Positions 43,244 to 52,657 of a stretch of 64,000 nt of DNA are shown in pieces. A program made the translations under genes and the position numbers. The stretch lies in assembly GCA_037444825.1 (NCBI GenBank), contig JBBILR010000014.1:836-64835 (forward strand), given 5' to 3'. A model generated the notes under the pieces. That model saw nothing but the letters and a program-made list of their open reading frames with translations. It did no database searches and was not told the origin of the DNA. The first letter of the stretch is position 1, and every line of letters starts with the position of its first letter. Source of the stretch: Acidobacteriota bacterium. Its GTDB lineage: Bacteria; Acidobacteriota; UBA4820; DSQY01.

Positions 43244-43252
43244 ACCAACTTC

Positions 43253-44269
43253 TTAGCCCACCGCCACGACGATCTTGCCGAAGTGGCCGCCTCCCTGCAT
43301 GAGGCGGAAGGCCTCGGGAGCCTCCGCGAAGGGGAAGATCCGGTCCACCACGGGGCGGAGGCCCGAGAGGGAGAGGGCCCGGTTCATGCGGTCGAACATC
43401 TCCCGGCTCCCCACGAAGATGCCGCGGAGCAGGACGCTCTTCATGAGAATGGACGTGACGGGCAGCGGCGAGGAGACGCCCGAGAGGACGCCGATGACGC
43501 TCACCTGGCCGCCGACGCGGACGGCCTTGAGCGAGCGCTCCAGCGTTCCCGCCCCTCCCACCTCCACCACGTGGTCCACGCCCCGGCCCTGCGTGGCCTT
43601 GAGAACCTCCCGGTCCCAATCGGCGTTGCCGGCGTAGTCGAAGGCGGCTTTCGCCCCGAGGGAGAGGAGCCGCTCCCGCTTGGCGGCGCTTCCCGAGGTG
43701 GCGAGGACCTCCGCCCCCGCCATGCGGGCGAACTGGAGGGCGAAGAGGGAAACGCCCCCGGAGCCCTGGACGAGGACCGTTTCCCCGGGGCGGAGGGGCC
43801 GGGGGCCCTCGAAGAGGGCGTTCCAGGCGGTGAGGGCGGCGCAGGGGAGGCAGGAGGCCTCCTCGAAGGAGAGGTGGGGGGGCACGGGGACGCAGCCGGC
43901 CTCGGAGAGGAGGGCGTACTCCGCGAGCATCCCGTCCAGCGGGCCGCCGAGGGTGGTCTTCCGGGCTTCGGCCGTGGGCTCCCCCTGGAGCCAACCCTGG
44001 CAGAAGGCCCCCATGACCCGGTCGCCGGGGCGGACCGATTCCACGCCCGGCCCCACGGCGGCCGCCTCCCCCGCCCCGTCGGAACACGGGATGAGGGGGA
44101 GGGGCTGGCGGGGGTTGTAGGAGCCCCGGACGGTCATGAGGTCGCGGAAGTTGAGGGAGACCGCCCGCACCCGGACCAACACCTGCCCCGGCCCCGGCTC
44201 CGGCGCGTCCCGCTCCGCGGCCTTCAGATTCTCGAGGCCGAATCCGCCTTGGATTTCCCAGACCTTCAT
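43253..44269 (-). CDS. Zinc-type alcohol dehydrogenase / NADPH:quinone oxidoreductase (MDR superfamily)
   Basis: 338 aa. LVRVRAVSLNFRD, PCSDGAGEV-type motif, and the nucleotide-binding motif GETVLVQGSGGVSLFALQFA. ATG 44269 follows GGAGG. Confidence 0.85.
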   Translation of the reverse strand: MKVWEIQGGFGLENLKAAERDAPEPGPGQVLVRVRAVSLNFRDLMTVRGSYNPRQPLPLIPCSDGAGEAAAVGPGVESVRPGDRVMGAFCQGWLQGEPTAEARKTTLGGPLDGMLAEYALLSEAGCVPVPPHLSFEEASCLPCAALTAWNALFEGPRPLRPGETVLVQGSGGVSLFALQFARMAGAEVLATSGSAAKRERLLSLGAKAAFDYAGNADWDREVLKATQGRGVDHVVEVGGAGTLERSLKAVRVGGQVSVIGVLSGVSSPLPVTSILMKSVLLRGIFVGSREMFDRMNRALSLSGLRPVVDRIFPFAEAPEAFRLMQGGGHFGKIVVAVG

Positions 44270-44378
44270 CGGAGACCTCCTTCCCAAAGGAGAAGGCCAA
44301 CCTACCACGGAGTGCCGAAGGGAAAAAGGACTACCCGCGGACTTTCTCCTGCGGTATGGTGAACGGAGGAGGTGACCG

Positions 44379-44915
44379 GTGGAGAAACTCCGCTCGACGA
44401 CGGTGGTGTGCGTGGCGCGGGACGGCCGGGTGGCCCTGGGGGCCGACGGCCAGGTGACGGTGGGCCAGACGGCCATCAAGCACCGCGCCTCCAAGGTGCG
44501 CACCCTCTACCAAGGGAAGGTCCTGGCCGGCTTCGCCGGCGGCGTGGCCGACGCCTTCGCCCTCTTCGGCCGCTTCGAAGGCAAGCTGGAGGAGTACCGG
44601 GGCAACCTGGAGCGGGCGGCGGTGGAGCTGGTGAAGGAGTGGCGCACCGACCGCCTCCTGCGGCGCCTGGAGGCCCTCCTCGTCGTCGCCGACGGGGAGA
44701 GGCAGTTTCTCCTCTCGGGGAGCGGGGAACTCATCGCCCCCGACGACGGGGTTCTGGCCATCGGGTCCGGGGGGCCCTACGCCCTGGCCGCCGCCCGGGC
44801 CCTCCTCCGCCACACCTCCCTCCCCGCCCGCGAGGTGGTGGAGGAGAGCCTCCGCATCGCCTCGGAGATCTGCGTGTACACCAACGGGAACTTCGTCATC
44901 GAGGAGCTGGGCTGA
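44379..44915 (+). CDS. hslV: ATP-dependent protease HslVU, peptidase subunit
   Basis: The STTVVCV region would supply the N-terminal Thr nucleophile, with [10 protein letters not shown] and AIGSGG. The exact start (GTG 44379) is uncertain relative to the catalytic Thr. Confidence 0.9.
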   Translation: MEKLRSTTVVCVARDGRVALGADGQVTVGQTAIKHRASKVRTLYQGKVLAGFAGGVADAFALFGRFEGKLEEYRGNLERAAVELVKEWRTDRLLRRLEALLVVADGERQFLLSGSGELIAPDDGVLAIGSGGPYALAAARALLRHTSLPAREVVEESLRIASEICVYTNGNFVIEELG

Positions 44916-44956
44916 GGCGGGGCCGAGGACCTCCCTCCCGTCCCGGAGGATCGAGA

Positions 44957-46354
44957 ATGGTCAAGACCGAACCGGGTTCTCTGTACAACCGGCTGGAGGA
45001 TCCCCTCACCCCCAAGCGGATCGTGGAGGAGCTGGACCGCTACATCATCGGCCAGCGGGAGGCCAAGCGGGCGGTGGCCGTGGCCCTGCGGAACCGGGTT
45101 CGGCGCCAGACCCTGCCCGAGGAGCTGAGGGAGGAGGTGGCCCCGAAGAACATCCTCATGATCGGCCCCACGGGGGTGGGAAAGACCGAGATCGCGAGGA
45201 GGCTCGCCCGCCTCACCGCCTCCCCCTTCCTGAAAATCGAAGCCAGCAAGTTCACCGAGGTGGGCTACGTGGGGAGGGACGTGGAGTCCATGATCCGGGA
45301 CCTGGTGGAGATCGCCTTCAACCTCGTCCGGGAGGAGAAGGTGGCGGCGGTTCGGGACAAGGCCCGGGCCCAGGCGGAAGAGCGCCTGTTGGACCTGCTC
45401 CTCCCCGTAGCCCCCCGGCCCGGGGAGCGGGCGCCGGGGGGGGAAGGCGGGGCCGAGGCGCCTTCGCCGGCCTTCTTGGGAAGCCGGGAGCGCCTCCGGG
45501 AGTGGCTCCGCGCCGGAAAGCTCGACGACCGGACCGTGGAGGTGAACGTCCCCGAGGGGGGCGCCTCCATGCGGGTCTTCACACCGGCGGGGATGGAGGA
45601 GATGGGCATTCACCTGGAGGACTTCCTGCCGGGCCTGGCCGGGGGCCGGCGGAAGGTCCGTAGGGTGAAGGTCCCCGAAGCCCTGGAGCTCCTCGCCCGG
45701 GAGGAGGAGGACAAGCTCATCTCCAAGGACGACATCGCCCGGGAGGCCGTGGCGCGGACGGAGCAGACCGGCATCGTGTTCCTGGACGAGATCGACAAGG
45801 TGGCGGGGAAGGGCTCTCAGGGCCACGGGCCGGACGTGAGCCGGGAGGGGGTCCAGCGGGACCTCCTGCCCATCGTGGAGGGGACCCGCGTCAACACCCG
45901 CCACGGACTGGTCCGGACCGACCACATCCTCTTCATCGCCGCCGGGGCCTTTCACATGTCCAAGCCCAGCGACCTCCTGCCGGAACTCCAGGGCCGCTTC
46001 CCCATCCGCGTGGAACTCCAGCCCCTGGGCAAGGAGGACTTCGTGCGCATCCTGAGGGAGCCGGAGAACGCCCTCCTCAAGCAGGCCACGGCCCTCTTGG
46101 CCACCGAGGGGGTGGAGGTGGCCTTCACCGACGACGCGGTGGAGGCCATGGCCGCCTACGCCGACGCCATCAACGAGCGGCTGGAGAACATCGGCGCCCG
46201 GCGCCTCCACACCGTCCTGGAGCGGGTGATGGACGAGGTCTCCTTCAACGCCCCCGAACTGGCGGGGACCCGCGTGACCCTGGACCGGGCCTACGTGGAC
46301 GAGTGTCTGAGGGACGTGGCCGCCGACCAAGACCTCAGCCGCTACATCCTCTGA
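44957..46354 (+). CDS. hslU: ATP-dependent protease HslVU, ATPase subunit
   Basis: [17 protein letters not shown], Walker [16 protein letters not shown], Walker [10 protein letters not shown] and the sensor motif ARRLHTVLE. Confidence 0.95.
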   Translation: MVKTEPGSLYNRLEDPLTPKRIVEELDRYIIGQREAKRAVAVALRNRVRRQTLPEELREEVAPKNILMIGPTGVGKTEIARRLARLTASPFLKIEASKFTEVGYVGRDVESMIRDLVEIAFNLVREEKVAAVRDKARAQAEERLLDLLLPVAPRPGERAPGGEGGAEAPSPAFLGSRERLREWLRAGKLDDRTVEVNVPEGGASMRVFTPAGMEEMGIHLEDFLPGLAGGRRKVRRVKVPEALELLAREEEDKLISKDDIAREAVARTEQTGIVFLDEIDKVAGKGSQGHGPDVSREGVQRDLLPIVEGTRVNTRHGLVRTDHILFIAAGAFHMSKPSDLLPELQGRFPIRVELQPLGKEDFVRILREPENALLKQATALLATEGVEVAFTDDAVEAMAAYADAINERLENIGARRLHTVLERVMDEVSFNAPELAGTRVTLDRAYVDECLRDVAADQDLSRYIL

Positions 46355-46373
46355 AGAGCGCCGGAGACCCCCC

Positions 46374-47126
46374 TCACGGCCGGGAGGCTTCTTGCCGGCC
46401 GGGCTCGGAAAAGGCCCGGCGAAGCACCTTTTCCAGGTAGTCCAGGTGGATGCGGACGGCCCGCCGGGCCCGGGCGGGGGCGCCGGCCTCCACCGCCTCC
46501 AGGATGGCCAGGAGCTGGACGCGGATGGCCTCCCCCGCCTCGGGAAAGCGCTGGAGCCGGATTCGGCTGGCCGGCAGGGCGTTCTGGACCAGCCGGTCGA
46601 TGGCCTTCCGGAGGTGTTCGAAGAGGGTGTTGCGGGTGGCGGCGGCCAGGAGGGTGAAGAAGGCCACGTACGCCTTGCCGCCGGTCTCCCGCCTCAGGAG
46701 GCTCTGGGCGTCGTGGGAAAGGGCGTCGGAGGCGAGGGCCCGCAGGGCGGCGAGGTCCGCCTCGCTCCGCCGCTCCGCCGCCAGGGCCGCCCCCTCGGCG
46801 TCGATGACCTTCCGGAGCTCCAGGAGTTCCCAGATCTTGGCCGGGTCCACGCCGATGAGTTCCTGGAGGGCGCTCTCCGTCTCCTCCCCCAGCGCCGCCG
46901 CCACGTAGACCCCCGACCTCGGCCGGACCTTCAGGATGCCTTTGGCCTCCAGGATCCCCACCGCCTCCCGGAGGGTGGGCCGGCTCACCCCCAGCTCCCT
47001 GGCCAGCTTGGCCTCGGAGGGCAGGCGCTCCCCCGGCCGGAAGGCGCCGGAGGCCACCAGCCGGGCCAGGTGTTCGGCCGTCCGCTGGGAGAGGCGGGGG
47101 TTTCGGTCCACGGGCTTCAGGCGCAC
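46374..47126 (-). CDS. GntR-family transcriptional regulator, FadR/FCD subfamily
   Basis: wHTH motif LPSEAKLARELGVSRPTLREAVGILEAKGIL plus a helical FCD-like C-terminus. GTG 47126 lies 5 nt after GGGAGG. The 74 additional track codons are R/P/G-rich and rejected. Confidence 0.8.
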   Translation of the reverse strand: MRLKPVDRNPRLSQRTAEHLARLVASGAFRPGERLPSEAKLARELGVSRPTLREAVGILEAKGILKVRPRSGVYVAAALGEETESALQELIGVDPAKIWELLELRKVIDAEGAALAAERRSEADLAALRALASDALSHDAQSLLRRETGGKAYVAFFTLLAAATRNTLFEHLRKAIDRLVQNALPASRIRLQRFPEAGEAIRVQLLAILEAVEAGAPARARRAVRIHLDYLEKVLRRAFSEPGRQEASRP

Positions 47127-47140
47127 GGCGTCCTCCCAAC

Positions 47141-47151
47141 AGGTCAGACCA
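47141..47151 (-). promoter_or_regulatory. Candidate GntR/FadR operator copy 2 (TGGTCTGACCT on the reverse strand)
   Basis: A near-perfect palindrome of the FadR-type TGGT-N3-ACCA class, between a TATTAT -10-like hexamer (reverse strand, 47172-47167) and the regulator start. Confidence 0.45.
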
Positions 47152-47313
47152 GAGGCTTTCCGAGCATAATACTCCGAGGAAGCCTTGGCAAGGGCTGTGG
47201 TCCTTCCCGCAGGCCGGCCACCGCCTCGGCCTTCGAAAGGCCTTCTGGTAACGCTCTTTTTCGGCATTCCCCAGGAGCGAGCCGGAGGGCGCGGGGTGGC
47301 CCTCGGGGGCCTC

Positions 47314-47342
47314 TTGACTTGCGGCCGCCCTTTGCCTAAGCT
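47314..47342 (+). promoter_or_regulatory. Putative promoter of the fatty-acid degradation operon
   Basis: TTGACT (47314-47319), a 17-nt spacer, then TAAGCT (47337-47342). Confidence 0.45.
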
Positions 47343-47349
47343 TGACATG

Positions 47350-47360
47350 TGGTCTGACCA
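47350..47360 (+). promoter_or_regulatory. Candidate GntR/FadR operator copy 1 (TGGTCTGACCA)
   Basis: A perfect 11-nt palindrome, TGGTC-T-GACCA, 8 nt downstream of the -10 hexamer, at about the expected transcription start. Confidence 0.5.
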
Positions 47361-47392
47361 GTTTGGGTCGAACGACCGGAAAGGAGGGGAGG

Positions 47393-48697
47393 ATGGCCAG
47401 CGGGCGGTTTCCCGGGCGTCCCGTGGTGGTGGTGGACGGCTGCCGGACGCCCTTCGTGCGGTCGGGCACCGATTTTACGGACCTTTCGGCCTACGACCTG
47501 GCCCGGGCCGCCCTTTCCGGGCTTCTCCACCGGACGGGCCTCGACCCCCGGGAGGTGGGTTTGTTGGTCCTGGGGTGCGTCATCCAAGACTGTGACACCT
47601 CCAACGTGGCCCGGGAGGCGGGGCTGGCCGCGGGTCTCCACCCCTCCTGCCCGGCCTTTACGGTGACGGTGGCCTGCGTCTCGGCGAACGTGGCCTTCCT
47701 CAACGCCGCCCACGCCGTGGCCTCGGGGCAGGTGGACGTGGCCGTCGCCGGGGGGACCGAGACCCTCTCCGACGCCCCCATTCGCCTGAGCCGGGCCATG
47801 CGGAAAAGGCTCATCGCCTCCCAGAAGGCCCGGGGGCCATTGGACCTGCTCCGGAGGTTCGCCGGCACCCGGATCCGGGACCTCCGGCCCCAGATCCCCG
47901 CCATCGCCGACTTCTCCACGGGCCTCACCATGGGCCAGAACGGGGAGCGTCTGGCCAAGCGCCTGGGGGTGACGCGGGAGGAGCAGGACGCCTACGCCCT
48001 GGCCTCCCACCACAAGGCGGCCAGGGCCCAGCGGGACGGCAAGCTCGGGGCTCAGATCGTCCCCGTGACGGTGCCCGGCTCCTTCCGGATCGTGCGGGAG
48101 GACAACGGCATCCGGGGGGACAGTACGCCGGAGAAGATGGCCTCGCTGAAACCGGCCTTCGACAAGACCTTCGGAACCCTCACCGCCGCCAACTCCTCCT
48201 TCCTCACCGACGGGGCCTCGGCGGTGCTCCTCATGGCCGAGGAGAAGGCCCGCGCGCTGGGGGTGCGTCCCAGGGCCCGCCTGGTCTCCTCGGCCCTCAC
48301 GGCCATGGACCCCTTGGACGAACTCCTTCTGGGACCGGCCTTCGCCGTTCCCCGGGCCCTGGACGCCGCCGGGATCGGGCTGGAGGATGTGGGGGTGGTG
48401 GAGATCCACGAAGCCTTCGCCGCCCAGATGGTGGCCAACCTGAAGCTCCTCGAGAGCGAAGCCTTCGCAAAGGAGAAGCTGGGCCGGCCTCAGGCGGTGG
48501 GGAAGGTGCCCCCGGAACGCCTCAACGCCTGGGGGGGCTCCCTCTCCATCGGCCACCCCTTCGGCGCCACGGGGGGCCGGCTCATCGCCACCTGCGTCCA
48601 GCGCATGGAGGAGGAGGGGGCGCGGTACGGCCTGGTGGCCGCCTGCGCCGCCGGGGCCATCGGAAACGCCCTGGTCTTCGAAAGGGTGGAGCCATGA
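47393..48697 (+). CDS. fadA: Acetyl-CoA C-acyltransferase (3-ketoacyl-CoA thiolase)
   Basis: Active-site Cys in TVTVACVSAN, plus NAWGGSLSIGHPFGATGGR and ACAAGAIG. ATG 47393 follows AAGGAGGGGAGG. Confidence 0.92.
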   Translation: MASGRFPGRPVVVVDGCRTPFVRSGTDFTDLSAYDLARAALSGLLHRTGLDPREVGLLVLGCVIQDCDTSNVAREAGLAAGLHPSCPAFTVTVACVSANVAFLNAAHAVASGQVDVAVAGGTETLSDAPIRLSRAMRKRLIASQKARGPLDLLRRFAGTRIRDLRPQIPAIADFSTGLTMGQNGERLAKRLGVTREEQDAYALASHHKAARAQRDGKLGAQIVPVTVPGSFRIVREDNGIRGDSTPEKMASLKPAFDKTFGTLTAANSSFLTDGASAVLLMAEEKARALGVRPRARLVSSALTAMDPLDELLLGPAFAVPRALDAAGIGLEDVGVVEIHEAFAAQMVANLKLLESEAFAKEKLGRPQAVGKVPPERLNAWGGSLSIGHPFGATGGRLIATCVQRMEEEGARYGLVAACAAGAIGNALVFERVEP

Positions 48698-50814
48698 AGG
48701 CGGTCCAATTGGAAAAGCGGCTGGACGGGGTGGCCGTCCTCACCCTGGACAACCCCCACGGGCCCCACAACATCCTCTCCCGGGACCTCTTCGAGGAGTT
48801 CCGGCGGGTCCTGGAGGAGATCCGAACCGACCCCCACGTGAAGGCGGCGGTGCTGATCAGCGGGAAACGGGATTTCCTGGCCGGGGCCGACATCAAGTCC
48901 TTCTTCGCCATGAAGGAGCCGTCGGAGGGGGAATCGCTCTCCCGAGAGGGCCACGCCCTTCTGGACCTCATCGCCGAGAGCCCCAAACCCTTCGTGGCCG
49001 CCATCCACGGCCAGGCCCTGGGGGGCGGCGTGGAGCTGGCCCTGGCCTGCCACTACCGGCTGGCCACCGACGACCCGGCGACGGCGCTGGCCCTTCCCGA
49101 GGTGACCCTGGGCGTCCTCCCGGGAGGGGGCGGCACCCAGCGCCTGCCGCGGCTCATCGGGCTCGCCGCCGCCCTGCCCCTGCTCCTCACCGGCCAGCGG
49201 GTGCGGGCCCGCAAGGCCCTGCGCCTGGGGCTGGTGGACGCCCTGACCTCCCCGGGGGGTCTGAAAGAGACGGCGGCCTTGGCGGCCCGGCAACTGGCGG
49301 AGGGGACCCTCAAGCCCCGCCGGCGGCGGAGGAAGCTCCTCGAGCGCCTCATGGAGCGCCCGCCGCTGCGCGCCCTCGTCTTCCGCCAGGCCCGGAAGGG
49401 GGTCCTTTCCAAGACGCGCGGGCTCTACCCCGCCCCGCCGGCCATCCTGGAGTGCGTCCGGGAGGGCTACGAGAAGGGGCTGCGGGCCGGCTTCCGCCGC
49501 GAGGAGGCGCTCTTCGGCGAGCTGTGCGCCTCCGAGGCCTGCAAGGGGCTCCTGGGCCTGGCCCTGGCCATGATCGAACTGAAGAAGCCCCTGCCCGGGC
49601 CCCAGGGGCGGAAGGTGGGGACCCTCGGCATCCTCGGGGGCGGCTTCATGGGGGCCGGCATCGCCTCCGTCTCCCTCAAGCTCTGCCCCGTGGTGGTGAA
49701 GGACGTCTCCGACGGGGTCCTCGGGAAATGCGCCAGGACCGTCTGGGAGGGCCTCTCCAAGCAGGCGAAGTCGGGGGCGCTTCACCCCTTCGAACGCGAC
49801 CGGCTCTTTGCCCGCCTCCACCCCGCCCTGGACTACGGGGACCTTCGGCGGGCGGACCTCGTGGTGGAGGCGGTCTTCGAGGACCTGGACCTCAAGCGCC
49901 GGGTCCTGGAGGAGACGGAGGCGGTGGTCTCGGAGACGTGCGTCTTCGCCTCCAACACGTCGGCCCTCCCCATCGCCTCCATCGCCGAGCGGGCCCGGGT
50001 CCCCGAAAGGGTCCTGGGCATGCACTACTTCTCGCCGGTCCCCAAGATGCCCCTCCTGGAGATCGTGGTGACGCCGAAGACCTCCCCCGAGGCCCTGGCC
50101 ACCGCCCGGGCCTTCGGGGTGGCCCAGGGCAAGACCTGCATCGTGGTGAAGGACGGCCCCGGCTTCTACACCACGCGGATCCTGTCGCCCTTCCTCAACG
50201 AGGCCATGGTCCTCCTGGAGGAGGGGGCGGCGGTGGAGGCGGTGGACCGGGCGCTCAAGGACTTCGGGTACCCCGTGGGCCCCGTGGCGCTCCTCGACGA
50301 GGTGGGCATCGACGTGGGCGCCCACGTGGCCAAGGAGTTCGGGGACGCCTACGCCTCCCGGGGGCTCTCCTCCAGCCAGGCCCTTCCCATCCTCTTCGAG
50401 GCCGGCTACCACGGGAGAAAGAACGGCAGGGGGTTCTACCGCTACGACGGCAAACGAAAGGGCAGGAAGCCCGTCAACCGGGAGGTCTACGCCTTCTTCG
50501 GAGGGCCGAAACGGAAAGAGATGCCGGCGAAGGAAATGGCCGAACGCCTGGCCCTCCTCATGGTGAACGAGGCCGTCTGGTGCCTGCAGGAGGGGGTCAT
50601 CTCCTCCCCGAGGGACGGGGACGTGGGGGCCGTCCTGGGCCTCGGCTTCCCCCCCTTCCGGGGAGGGCCCTTCCGGTACCTGGACAGCCTGGGGGCCGCG
50701 GAGGCGGTGCGCCGCATGGAAGGCTACGCCGAGCGGCTGGGGCCCCGCTTTCGGCCCGCCCCCCTTCTCGCGGAAGCGGCCCGGAAGGGGGAGCGGTTCT
50801 ACGGGGAAGCCTGA
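48694..50814 (+). CDS. fadB: Multifunctional fatty-acid oxidation protein (enoyl-CoA hydratase + 3-hydroxyacyl-CoA dehydrogenase)
   Basis: 706 aa. Crotonase motif GGGVELALACH, Rossmann motif GILGGGFMGAGIA, and HFFSPVPKMPLLEIV. The ATG overlaps the fadA stop (CCATGA). Confidence 0.93.
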   Translation: MKAVQLEKRLDGVAVLTLDNPHGPHNILSRDLFEEFRRVLEEIRTDPHVKAAVLISGKRDFLAGADIKSFFAMKEPSEGESLSREGHALLDLIAESPKPFVAAIHGQALGGGVELALACHYRLATDDPATALALPEVTLGVLPGGGGTQRLPRLIGLAAALPLLLTGQRVRARKALRLGLVDALTSPGGLKETAALAARQLAEGTLKPRRRRRKLLERLMERPPLRALVFRQARKGVLSKTRGLYPAPPAILECVREGYEKGLRAGFRREEALFGELCASEACKGLLGLALAMIELKKPLPGPQGRKVGTLGILGGGFMGAGIASVSLKLCPVVVKDVSDGVLGKCARTVWEGLSKQAKSGALHPFERDRLFARLHPALDYGDLRRADLVVEAVFEDLDLKRRVLEETEAVVSETCVFASNTSALPIASIAERARVPERVLGMHYFSPVPKMPLLEIVVTPKTSPEALATARAFGVAQGKTCIVVKDGPGFYTTRILSPFLNEAMVLLEEGAAVEAVDRALKDFGYPVGPVALLDEVGIDVGAHVAKEFGDAYASRGLSSSQALPILFEAGYHGRKNGRGFYRYDGKRKGRKPVNREVYAFFGGPKRKEMPAKEMAERLALLMVNEAVWCLQEGVISSPRDGDVGAVLGLGFPPFRGGPFRYLDSLGAAEAVRRMEGYAERLGPRFRPAPLLAEAARKGERFYGEA

Positions 50815-50847
50815 GGGGGAAGGGACCGCCGGGGAAGGAGCGCCGCC

Positions 50848-52641
50848 ATGGGCCACCGGAACTTCGTGGAGGTGATGCAAGACCGCTTCCGGGAGCACCC
50901 GGACCGTCCCTGCCTGCGCTTCCACCGGGACGGCGCGTGGCGCCACTGGACCTACGGGGAGGTGGAGCGGCGGGTGAAGACCCTCGCCGGGGCCCTCGTG
51001 GCGGCGGGCATCCAGCCGGGCGACCGGGTGGCCCTCTTCTCCCGGAACCGCCCCGAGTGGGCGCTGCTCGATCTGGGGACCTTCTTCGCCGGGGCGGTGG
51101 TGACCCCCCTCTACGCCGACCTCACCGCGGACGAGGCGGCCTACATCCTCTCCCATTCGCAGAGCCGCCTGGTCTTCGTGGAAGACCGGCCCAAACTGGA
51201 GAAGATCCTGAAGGTTCGGCAGAACCTCCCCGCGTTGGAGCGGGCGGTCTTGCTGGAAGGGGAGGCCCGGGAGGCGCCCTTCGCGGTCTCCCTCGCCGAC
51301 TTCGAGGGCGCCTCGGACCCCCGAGCCGCCGAGGAACGGATCGCCGCGGTCCGGGAGAGCCCGCCCGAGACGCCGCTGTCCCTCGTCTACACGAGCGGGA
51401 CCACCGGAAGGCCCAAGGGGGCCGTCATGACCCACGGAAACGCCGTGGGGGTGACGGAGGCCGTCCGGAAGGCCGTCACCGAGCCCTACCTCCACTACCT
51501 CAACCTGAGCTTTCTGCCCCTGGCCCACTCCCTGGAGCGGGTGGGGGGCCACTTCACCCCCCTGAGCCTCGGCGGGACCATCGCCTACAGCCGGGGGCCC
51601 GACCGGCTGGCGGAGGACTTCCAGGAGGTGGCCCCGGAGTACGCCATCGCGGTGCCCCGCTTCTTCGAGAAGGTCCACGACCGGCTGCAGTCCCAGCTCC
51701 GGGACGTCTCCCCCGGGAAGCGCCGCCTGGTGGAGTGGGCCCTTCGCGTCGGGACGAGGAAGAGCCTTGCGCTGGAGCGGGGGGAACCTCTGTCCCTCGG
51801 ACTTCGGCTGTCGGCGGCCCTCGCCGACCGGCTGGTCTTCGGGAAGATCCGCCGCCGGCTGGGGGGGCGGATCCGGTACTTCGTGTCCGGCGGGGCGCCG
51901 CTCTCGGCGGAGCTGGCCCGGTTTTTCCACGCGGCGGGTATCCTCGTCTGCGAGGGCTACGGCGCCACCGAGACCTCCGCCCCCGCCACCCTCAACACCC
52001 CCCTCGCCTACCGCTTCGGAACGGTGGGCAAGCCCCTCCCCGGGGTGGAGGTGAAGATCGCCCCCGACGGCGAGGTCCTGGTGAAGGGCCCCAACGTCTT
52101 CGCCGGCTACTTTGGCGACCCCCAGGCCACGAAGGAGGCCTTCACCGAGGACGGCTTCTACCGGACGGGGGACGTGGGGGAGTTCGACGAGGACGGCTTC
52201 CTGAAGATCACCGACCGCAAGAAGGAGCTCATCATCACCGCCTCGGGGGAGAACATCGCCCCCACCAAGCTGGAGAACCTCCTCAAGGCCCGGCCGGGGA
52301 TCTCCAACGCCCTGGTCCACTGCGACCGCCGCCCCTACGTGGTGGCCCTGTTGACGCTGGACCGGCCGGCCCTGGATCAACTCCAGCCGGGCCTGGGCGG
52401 AAGGCCCCTGGACGACCCGGACCTTTTGGCCCACGTGGAGCGGGAGGTCCGGGCGGTGAACGAGCGCCTTCCCAAGTACGAGCAGGTCAAGGTCTACCGC
52501 CTGCTGGAGGAGGACTTCTCCGCCGAGGACGGCACCCTGACCCTCACCTTCAAGCTCAAGCGGCGGGTCATCGAGGCGCGGTACCGCGACCTTTTGGACC
52601 AGATGTACCTGGGGCACGTGGGGCGGGAGGGTGGACTTTGA
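50848..52641 (+). CDS. fadD: Long-chain fatty acid--CoA ligase (AMP-forming)
   Basis: LVYTSGTTGRPKGAVMTHGN, GYGATET, YRTGDVG and DRKKELIITASGENI. Confidence 0.9.
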   Translation: MGHRNFVEVMQDRFREHPDRPCLRFHRDGAWRHWTYGEVERRVKTLAGALVAAGIQPGDRVALFSRNRPEWALLDLGTFFAGAVVTPLYADLTADEAAYILSHSQSRLVFVEDRPKLEKILKVRQNLPALERAVLLEGEAREAPFAVSLADFEGASDPRAAEERIAAVRESPPETPLSLVYTSGTTGRPKGAVMTHGNAVGVTEAVRKAVTEPYLHYLNLSFLPLAHSLERVGGHFTPLSLGGTIAYSRGPDRLAEDFQEVAPEYAIAVPRFFEKVHDRLQSQLRDVSPGKRRLVEWALRVGTRKSLALERGEPLSLGLRLSAALADRLVFGKIRRRLGGRIRYFVSGGAPLSAELARFFHAAGILVCEGYGATETSAPATLNTPLAYRFGTVGKPLPGVEVKIAPDGEVLVKGPNVFAGYFGDPQATKEAFTEDGFYRTGDVGEFDEDGFLKITDRKKELIITASGENIAPTKLENLLKARPGISNALVHCDRRPYVVALLTLDRPALDQLQPGLGGRPLDDPDLLAHVEREVRAVNERLPKYEQVKVYRLLEEDFSAEDGTLTLTFKLKRRVIEARYRDLLDQMYLGHVGREGGL

Positions 52642-52657
52642 GCCCGGGGGAGTCTCC

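Noticed and set aside
44270-44378. A heat-shock (sigma32 or CIRCE) promoter upstream of hslVU.
   Set aside because: No CTTGAAA-N13-15-CCCCAT-like element or CIRCE inverted repeat could be found. Only a weak TATGGT -10-like hexamer is present, with no -35.
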